Below, piece by piece: positions 56,079 through 64,000 of a stretch of 64,000 nucleotides of DNA (positions are counted from its first letter, which is position 1; the number at the start of each line of letters is the position of its first letter). Below the pieces are notes generated by a model. That model did no database searches, was not told the origin of the DNA, and worked only from the letters and a program-made list of their open reading frames with translations. The position numbers were made by a program, and so were the translations under genes. Origin of the DNA: Longimicrobiales bacterium (lineage in GTDB: Bacteria > Gemmatimonadota > Gemmatimonadetes > Longimicrobiales > Gaopeijiaceae); NCBI GenBank assembly GCA_965202985.1, contig CBDBCF010000002.1, positions 32,001-96,000 of the forward strand. Reading direction: 5' to 3'.

Positions 56079-56912
56079 TCAGAACCGGAACACCACCAGC
56101 GCTTGCGGGATGACCTCGTTGATGCCGTCGGCTCCGAACTTGTTGATCCACGCATGGAACTCGGTGCCGACGAAGACGCGATCGGCGTTGCCGGACAGCG
56201 ACTTTCCCAAGTCCCAGCGGAGCTGCGGCTGAAGCAGGATCCAGTACGGCGCCTTGGCCCACCCTCCGTCGCCGTCCTCCACCTCCCGCGAACTCTGCCA
56301 TTCGCCGTGGCCCTCCAGCGAGAACGAGCCGGCGCCGATGGCGAAGGGGAGAGCCCAGTTGAAGTCGACGATGTGGCTGTTCCGTTCGTCGGGGGCTCCG
56401 CCGTTCGCCAATCCGGCGTTGCGACTCACCACGTAGGTGTAGTCCAGGTTGGCGAACGCAAAGCCGGGCAGGTCGAGGGCCAGTCGCACGCCCGGGGTCA
56501 GCTTGACCACCTTGGCCTGCGCGCCCCAGTTGATCCCCCCGATCAAGGCCAAGCCACGAACGGGACCCGCCGAGACCTGGGCCACGTTGATCGACGAGTA
56601 CCATTCGCCGTAGACCTCGCGGTCGGCGCCGCCCGCCCCCGAGCAGCAGCTCATGTCGACGAAGAAGAAGTTCTCGCCGCGGCTCCATCCGCTGGCGTGC
56701 TGGAGCGTCAGGATGTGCTGCGTTCCGGGAGCGACGGCCCAGTGGTCGCGGTTGCTCAGGGCGCGGCCCGCCTGGTATTGGGCCTCGGTCGTGCTCCACT
56801 GGGCGCCGGCGGAGGCGGGACCAGCCCCCAACGCAAGCGCGGAGACGAGCACCGCCGCGGCGGGGAAGGGCCGAAGGGCTGCGAAGGCCAACCTTCCGTC
56901 GCACAAGGTCAT
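56079..56912 (-). CDS. Tsx/OmpK-like (DUF5020-like) outer membrane channel
   Basis: Signal peptide; TLQHASGWSRGENFFFVD, YGEWYS, QPQLRWDLG, VGTEFHAWINKFG; C-terminal F. Confidence 0.75.
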   Translation of the reverse strand: MTLCDGRLAFAALRPFPAAAVLVSALALGAGPASAGAQWSTTEAQYQAGRALSNRDHWAVAPGTQHILTLQHASGWSRGENFFFVDMSCCSGAGGADREVYGEWYSSINVAQVSAGPVRGLALIGGINWGAQAKVVKLTPGVRLALDLPGFAFANLDYTYVVSRNAGLANGGAPDERNSHIVDFNWALPFAIGAGSFSLEGHGEWQSSREVEDGDGGWAKAPYWILLQPQLRWDLGKSLSGNADRVFVGTEFHAWINKFGADGINEVIPQALVVFRF

Positions 56913-57017
56913 TCGACGCCTCCGTTCGAAAAGGGAATACGGTGCCGCCTCTCAAGGTAGACTGCCGGCCGACCCCGTCGCAAAGGCCGTGGTTGCGGTC
57001 GGCCCAGTCGCGGACGC

Positions 57018-57731
57018 CTATCTGGGCGGAACCTTGGCGCGCTCGGCTTCCACGGCGGCCAGGATCCGTGTCCAGGACGAATCCTCGGCGCCCCGGTAGA
57101 CCACGGTGAGCCCGCGGGACAGGTCCAGGGAACCGCTGTAGGCGTAGACGGCCGTGGCCGTGGAACGCTGCTCCAAGCGGCGGCTTCCCCATCCGGGCGA
57201 CACCGGTTCGACCGCACGGGGGCGCTCCCGCAGCCCCCGAGACACCATGTGCAGGTCGAAGGGCTCGAACTCCGCCGCAGGCCGGTCGCTGGAGAACGAC
57301 ACCAGGAACAGCGCTTGGCCGTCGTTCCCGGTTCGCCGTGCGAGGGCCGACCCGTAGGTCTCCGCCACGCGAGCAAGACGCCGCCTGGCGTCCGGCGCCG
57401 CGGCCTCGAGCACCCAGTCCGCCAGGGGAGTGACCTCGATCCGCAGGTCGCTCGCTTCGATACGGATCGATATCTGGTCCTGCCGAAGCGCTCCGGTCCA
57501 CTCCGAATCCGCTGATGTCCTCGATGCCGGCGGCTTGCCCGCCTCCGAAGCAACGCCGGCGACGGACGCGTTCCCACCGACGGCGGTCGGCCGCTGCCCC
57601 GGTGGCGGCGCGGGCGCGCACCCTCCCAGGAACGCGGCGGCGCACGCCGTCGCGGCCGCGAGCCGCCTTCCGACTGCAAGCCGCACGCCGACCACAAGTC
57701 GAGCGTTGGGCGCGCCCCGCGCCTCGGTCAC
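57018..57731 (-). CDS. Hypothetical lipoprotein
   Basis: GTG overlapping the engB stop; lipobox LGGC; globular C-terminal part. Confidence 0.6.
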   Translation of the reverse strand: MTEARGAPNARLVVGVRLAVGRRLAAATACAAAFLGGCAPAPPPGQRPTAVGGNASVAGVASEAGKPPASRTSADSEWTGALRQDQISIRIEASDLRIEVTPLADWVLEAAAPDARRRLARVAETYGSALARRTGNDGQALFLVSFSSDRPAAEFEPFDLHMVSRGLRERPRAVEPVSPGWGSRRLEQRSTATAVYAYSGSLDLSRGLTVVYRGAEDSSWTRILAAVEAERAKVPPR

Positions 57732-58330
57732 GATTCCGCGTCCAGCAAGAGCGCCTCCATGGCGTCCAGCAGCTCCTCCGTTCCCTCGCCGGTCCGGGCC
57801 GATCCGGCCACCACTTGGTCGGGGAGCACGCCCAGCTGCCGAGCCGCCGGTTCGACGACCCCCGCTTCCCGGACGCGGGCCTTGAGCTTGTCCACCTTGG
57901 TCAAGGCGACCAGCACCGGGACACCGGTCCCGGCTAGGTAGTCCACGAACTCCTGGTCGGCGGAGGTGGGCGGACGACGCGAGTCCACGAGGTAGACCAC
58001 GCCCTTGAGAGCCTCGCTGCCCGCCAAGTAGCTCCGGACCAAGCGGCGCCAAGACTCTCGAACGGCTCGCGGCGCCTTGGCGTATCCCGATCCCGGCAGG
58101 TCCACCAGGAAGAAGTCGCCGTTCACCCGATAGAAGTTGAGCGCCTGCGTCTTGCCCGGCGACGCCGAAACGCGGGCGATCTTCCGCCGCGTGCGGCCCA
58201 GAAGCCGGTTCACCAGCGACGACTTGCCCACGTTGGAGCGCCCCGCGAAGGCGATCTGCGGCAGGTCTCCCGGCAGCGCCTGGCCCGGCGAAGCCACGGA
58301 ACCGGCGAACTCCACGCTCCGAACGATCAC
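57728..58330 (-). CDS. engB: Ribosome biogenesis GTP-binding protein EngB (YihA/YsxC)
   Basis: FAGRSNVGKSSL, PGKTQ.LNFY, VDLPG.GYAK, TKVDKL; SD ggagg before GTG. Confidence 0.93.
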   Translation of the reverse strand: MIVRSVEFAGSVASPGQALPGDLPQIAFAGRSNVGKSSLVNRLLGRTRRKIARVSASPGKTQALNFYRVNGDFFLVDLPGSGYAKAPRAVRESWRRLVRSYLAGSEALKGVVYLVDSRRPPTSADQEFVDYLAGTGVPVLVALTKVDKLKARVREAGVVEPAARQLGVLPDQVVAGSARTGEGTEELLDAMEALLLDAES

Positions 58331-60885
58331 GCAGACCTCCCGGCGCTCGTCCGCTCGGCCACGGCGGATGCCCCCGGCCTGTTGGACGGCCCCGCCGCAA
58401 CACGCGCGCCCGCGCCCGCCGCCGCCTTCCCCGCGGGCGCCCTCCCGCCGGCGCGGCCCGAACCCCCGAACTGCCCCGGCGCCAGCGCCTCCCGCAACAC
58501 CTCGTCCATCGTCTCCAGGGGCACCATCTCGACGCCCGCCAGCACCTCTTCCGGTAGCTGCTCGACATCCAGGGCATTCCTGGCGGGCAGGATGACCCGC
58601 TTGATGCCCCCCCGCAACGCCGCGACCGCCTTTTCCTTGATGCCGCCCACGACCAGCACCCGGCCCCGCAGCGTGATCTCGCCGGTCATGGCCACCGCCG
58701 CGCGGGTCGGCCGGTCCGTCAACGCCGAGATCAGCGCCGTGGCGATGGTGATCCCCGCGGAAGGGCCGTCCTTGGGCGTGGCGCCCTCCGGGATGTGGAT
58801 GTGGATGTCCACGTCCTTGTGAAACTGCTCCGGCAAGCCCATCCGCCGCGCCCTGGAACGGGCGTAGGTGAGCGCCGCGAACGCCGACTCCTTCATCACG
58901 TCGCCCAACGTGCCCGTGAGCTGCACCTTGCCCGACCCGGGCACCACCGCCACCTCCACGTCCAGGACCTCGCCCCCGGCGGCGGTCCACGCCAGTCCGC
59001 AGGCGATGCCGTAGCGGTCGGTTCCGTCCTCGCGCCGGGAGGGCAGGTGCGCCGGCGGCCCCAGCAGCTCCCGAAGGTCGGCCGCTTCCACCCGCCGCAA
59101 CCGCCTGGGGCCGCCGCCCGCACCCACGTCGCCGCCCGAACCTATTTCGCCCCTCGCGCCCCCCTCGCCGCCCGCCGTAACCGACCGCGCCAGCTTGCGC
59201 GCCACCCTGGACAGCCGCCGCTCCAGCTCCCGCACGCCGGCCTCCCGCGTGTACTCGGCGATCACCCTCTGGACGGCCTCGCCCGAGATCCCCGGCGACC
59301 ACGGCTCGATCCCGTGCCGCCGCACCTGCTTGGGCCACAGGAACCTGCGCGCGATCACCCGCTTCTCGGTGTCCAGATAGCCTGGCAGGCGGATCACCTC
59401 CATCCGGTCGCGCAGCGGAGCGGGAACGCCTCCCAACGTGTTGGCCGTGGCGATGAACAGCACGTGGGACAGGTCGAACTCCAGCTCCAGGTAGTGGTCC
59501 GCGAACGAACGGTTCTGCTCCGGGTCCAGCACCTCCAGGAGCGCCGCTCCCGGATCGCCGTGAAAGTCGCGGGCCAGCTTGTCCAGCTCGTCCAACAGGA
59601 AGACGGGGTTGCGCGATTCGCCCTTGCGCATCCCCTGCAACACGCGCCCGGGCAGCGCCCCCACGTATGTCCGACGGTGGCCCCGGATCTCGGCTTCGTC
59701 CCGGACGCCGCCCAGGCTGACCCGCACGAACTTGCGGTCCAGGCACCGGGCGATGCTCCGGCCCAGCGACGTTTTGCCGACGCCCGGCGGCCCCACGAGG
59801 CACAGGATCGGCCCCTGCAGCTTGCCCACCAGCGACAGGACGGCGATGTGGTCCAGGATTCGCTCCTTGACTTCCGCCAGGCCGTGATGCTCCGCCTCCA
59901 AGACGGCCGCCGCGTGCCCCACGTCCAGGTTGTCCGCCGTCTCCCGCTCCCAGGGCAGCCCCAGGATCCAGTCCAGGTACGTCCGGATCACCGAAGCCTC
60001 CGGCGTGACGGACCCCAGCTTCTGCAACCGGTCGAACTCCCGGTCCACGCGGTCCCTGGCGTGGGCGGGCAGGGGGGTGGCGGCGATCACGCGCTCCATC
60101 TCCGCCCACTCGGGGTCGTCGCCCGCCGCGGCCCCGGCGCCGAGGGCGTCCAGCTGCTCTTCCAAGGTCGCCGGCCTTCCCTTCCGCCCCCCGCCCAGGC
60201 GGATCTCCTCGTCGATCTTGGCCTGGATGCGCAGGATTTCGTTCTCCCGCACCAGGATCTCGCGGAGGACCGCAAAGCGCGTCGGCGAATCGTCCGCTTC
60301 GAGCAGCTCCTGCTTCTCGCCAGTCCCCACCAGCAAGTGGCCCGCGATCAAGTGGGCCAGCCGCACTCGGTCGCCGATCTCCGCCAGCTTGCCGGCGACC
60401 TGCCCGGGCACATGCTCCGACAGGCGCACGTACTCGCGGAACAGCTCCGACACCTCCGCCACCCGCTCGTCCAGCTCCGCGTCCGGGCCGGGTTCCGGTT
60501 CGTACTCCCAGCGCGACAACAGGCGCACGCGCGCACGAAAGCCGCCCGCCTCCGCCTTGAATCCGTCGGCCCGGGCGCGCCCCAGCCCCTCCATGACCAC
60601 CCGCGCCGTGCCGTCGGCCAGGTGCGACACCTGCATCACGCGGATCACCGCGCCGGTCCGGTGCAGCCCGCTCTCGTCGGGGTCGTCCGCCGCCGGGTCC
60701 CGCTGGGCCAGAAGCAGCACCAGCCCGTCGCCCGCTTTCGCTTCCTCGAGCGCCGCCAGCGACTTGGGCCGACCCACCAGCAGCGGCAACACCATGTACG
60801 GAAAGAACACCAAGTCCCGCAGGGCGATCACCGGCAGCACGGCAGGCACTTCGAACGAGCCGTCCACCCGGTGCAGGGTCGCCAT
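58327..60885 (-). CDS. lon: Lon protease
   Basis: LPVIALRDLVFFP, GPPGVGKTSL, GHRRTYVGALPG, PKDGPSAG, AMTGEITLRG, GGIKEK. Confidence 0.96.
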   Translation of the reverse strand: MATLHRVDGSFEVPAVLPVIALRDLVFFPYMVLPLLVGRPKSLAALEEAKAGDGLVLLLAQRDPAADDPDESGLHRTGAVIRVMQVSHLADGTARVVMEGLGRARADGFKAEAGGFRARVRLLSRWEYEPEPGPDAELDERVAEVSELFREYVRLSEHVPGQVAGKLAEIGDRVRLAHLIAGHLLVGTGEKQELLEADDSPTRFAVLREILVRENEILRIQAKIDEEIRLGGGRKGRPATLEEQLDALGAGAAAGDDPEWAEMERVIAATPLPAHARDRVDREFDRLQKLGSVTPEASVIRTYLDWILGLPWERETADNLDVGHAAAVLEAEHHGLAEVKERILDHIAVLSLVGKLQGPILCLVGPPGVGKTSLGRSIARCLDRKFVRVSLGGVRDEAEIRGHRRTYVGALPGRVLQGMRKGESRNPVFLLDELDKLARDFHGDPGAALLEVLDPEQNRSFADHYLELEFDLSHVLFIATANTLGGVPAPLRDRMEVIRLPGYLDTEKRVIARRFLWPKQVRRHGIEPWSPGISGEAVQRVIAEYTREAGVRELERRLSRVARKLARSVTAGGEGGARGEIGSGGDVGAGGGPRRLRRVEAADLRELLGPPAHLPSRREDGTDRYGIACGLAWTAAGGEVLDVEVAVVPGSGKVQLTGTLGDVMKESAFAALTYARSRARRMGLPEQFHKDVDIHIHIPEGATPKDGPSAGITIATALISALTDRPTRAAVAMTGEITLRGRVLVVGGIKEKAVAALRGGIKRVILPARNALDVEQLPEEVLAGVEMVPLETMDEVLREALAPGQFGGSGRAGGRAPAGKAAAGAGARVAAGPSNRPGASAVAERTSAGRSA

Positions 60886-60900
60886 GACCGGTGGCGCCGT

Positions 60901-62277
<1,377 letters not shown>

Positions 62278-62287
62278 TCAGGCGCTC

Positions 62288-62893
62288 CTATTTCGAATCC
62301 GAGTTGTCGTGTTCCTTGGCCAAGACTTGGTCCACCAAGCCGTACTCGACCGCTTCTTCCGCGCTCATCCACCGGTCCCGGTCCACGTCCGCAGCGATCT
62401 TGTCCAGCTCTTGCCCCGTGGTCCGGGCAAGGATGCGGTTCAGGCGCTCCCGGGTCCCCAGCACTTCCTTGGCGGCGATCTCGATGTCCGCGGCCGTGCC
62501 CCGGTACCCTGACGACGGCTGATGCAGCATGATGCGCGAGTTGGGCAGCGCACTCCGCTTGCCCTTCTCGCCCGCCGAAAGCAGCACCGCCCCCATCGAC
62601 GCCGCCATGCCCACGCAATAAGTGGAGACGGGCGCGCGCAGGTGGTTGATCGTGTCGTAGATCGCCAAGCCCGCATAGACGGTGCCGCCCGGCGAGTTGA
62701 TGTACAAGTAGACGTCCCGGTTCGGGTCGTCGGCGTCCAAGAACAGCAGCTGCGCGATCACCACGTTGGCGACCTGGTCGTCGATGGGGCTTCCCAAGAA
62801 CACGATGCGGTCCATGAGCAGCCGGCTGAAGATGTCGTAGCTGCGTTCGCCGCGGCTCGTTCGTTCGATCACGTAAGGCGGGAACATGGCCAT
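62288..62893 (-). CDS. clpP: ClpP protease
   Basis: [47 protein letters not shown]. Confidence 0.97.
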   Translation of the reverse strand: MAMFPPYVIERTSRGERSYDIFSRLLMDRIVFLGSPIDDQVANVVIAQLLFLDADDPNRDVYLYINSPGGTVYAGLAIYDTINHLRAPVSTYCVGMAASMGAVLLSAGEKGKRSALPNSRIMLHQPSSGYRGTAADIEIAAKEVLGTRERLNRILARTTGQELDKIAADVDRDRWMSAEEAVEYGLVDQVLAKEHDNSDSK

Positions 62894-62906
62894 CGTCCGG
62901 CGACTC

Positions 62907-64000
62907 CTATTCTTCGGAAAGCGAAGATTCTTCGGAAAGCGGAGATCGGCTCCGAAGGAACTCGATCACCTTGCGTTCTTCGAGGGTGCTTGCAAGCTCG
63001 CGGATCTCGCCCGACTTCTGCAGGGCGGCGTAGACCCGAGAGGGCGTGTCGTCCATGCGCTTCGCCAGCTCCTCGATCTCTTGGTCCAGCTCTTCTTCCG
63101 TCGGGGCCAGTCCGAACTGCTCCACGATCGCCTTGCGGACCAGGAAGTGCTTGGATGCCGCCTCCGCGTCGTCCCAGAGTTCGGCTCGAAGCTGGGCGGC
63201 GTGCTCTTCGCCCGCCGGCTCCAGATCGGCGATCCTGCCGTCCAACACCTCTTCGACCATCGATCGGGGAACCTGCACGTCGTTGGCCTCGACCACTTGG
63301 CGCACCAAGTCCGCATCCTCCTGCCGCCTGCGGGCGACTTGGTACACCTGCGCCAATCGATTCCGCATATCGTCGCGCAACGCTTGCACGCTGTCGAAGT
63401 CGCCCAACGACGCGGCGAAGTCGTCGTCCAGCTCGGGCAACTCCGGCACGTGCCGCTCCATCAGCCGGATGCGCATGGCGCGGATCTCGCCCGGTTCGGA
63501 CTCCGAGCTTCCGGGGAACGCCACGTCGAAGACGCCCTCGTCGCCGGGCTCCATCGACGCCACGGCCTTCTCGATGTCGGGCAGCGCCTCGGCCCGTCCC
63601 AGCACGAAACGGTACTCCCGCATCCCGTCGCCCGGGTTCGAGCCGTCGCCCGGGTTGAAGCCGTCGCCCGGCTCGCCGTCGTCGTCCTCCGGCCTGCCGA
63701 GGACGCCCGACCCTCCGCCTGCGTCCGCGCCCTCGTCGCCGTCCGCGCCCTCGTCGCCGACCCGAGATATCACGATCGTCGCCGCATTCCCCGCCTTGGG
63801 GCTGCCGTTGTCCACCGGTCGCCAGCTCGCCTGGGCCCGACGCAGCTCCTCCATCTGGAGGTCGACTTCTTCTTCGTCCGGCTCGCGCCCTGGCAACGAT
63901 TCCCGGCGAAAGCCGCCCACCCGCTTCACCACGACCTCCGGCCTCACGTCGAACGCCGCTCGAAAGGAAAGGGGCTCGCCGGGCCGAAACCTGACGTTCT
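62907..64000 (-). CDS. tig: Trigger factor (5' end outside window)
   Basis: Frame stays open to the window edge (..[11 protein letters not shown]); [18 protein letters not shown]-terminal domain; tig-clpP-clpX-lon synteny. Confidence 0.88.
   Translation of the reverse strand, partial: NVRFRPGEPLSFRAAFDVRPEVVVKRVGGFRRESLPGREPDEEEVDLQMEELRRAQASWRPVDNGSPKAGNAATIVISRVGDEGADGDEGADAGGGSGVLGRPEDDDGEPGDGFNPGDGSNPGDGMREYRFVLGRAEALPDIEKAVASMEPGDEGVFDVAFPGSSESEPGEIRAMRIRLMERHVPELPELDDDFAASLGDFDSVQALRDDMRNRLAQVYQVARRRQEDADLVRQVVEANDVQVPRSMVEEVLDGRIADLEPAGEEHAAQLRAELWDDAEAASKHFLVRKAIVEQFGLAPTEEELDQEIEELAKRMDDTPSRVYAALQKSGEIRELASTLEERKVIEFLRSRSPLSEESSLSEE

Overview
High-GC bacterial chromosomal window. 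The gene content suggests Gemmatimonadota, possibly host/sponge-associated; this is an inference from a SusC/SusD-like pair outside Bacteroidota-type sequence, pilM-Q-aroC-aroK and topA-trmFO-xerC...hslVU synteny, and a giant cadherin autotransporter. The backbone is mostly housekeeping: ridA, dinB, sodA, marC, type IV pilus genes, aroC/aroK, topA, trmFO, xerC, hslVU, argF, gcvT, a sigma-54 activator, engB, lon, clpX, clpP and tig. Three accessory loci stand out. (1) At 7388-12314, three gene-sized tandem copies of an AAA-ATPase/PD-(D/E)xK nuclease gene are nearly identical except for one swapped 56-58 aa helical segment between Walker A and Walker B; this is the best candidate for an undescribed diversifying sensor-nuclease system. 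(2) A GT2 gene plus a TMTC-like GT-C/TPR glycosyltransferase gene run directly into the major pilin gene. (3) An IS1380-family element with a frameshifted transposase sits at the start of a 4793-aa autotransporter adhesin (27 Ig-like repeats, 5 cadherin-like domains) with a C16 tract at its 5' end; both lie between xerC and hslV. A shared ~53-bp non-coding motif occurs upstream of two unrelated genes. All calls are by-eye motif recognition with no database searches, and start codons are best estimates.
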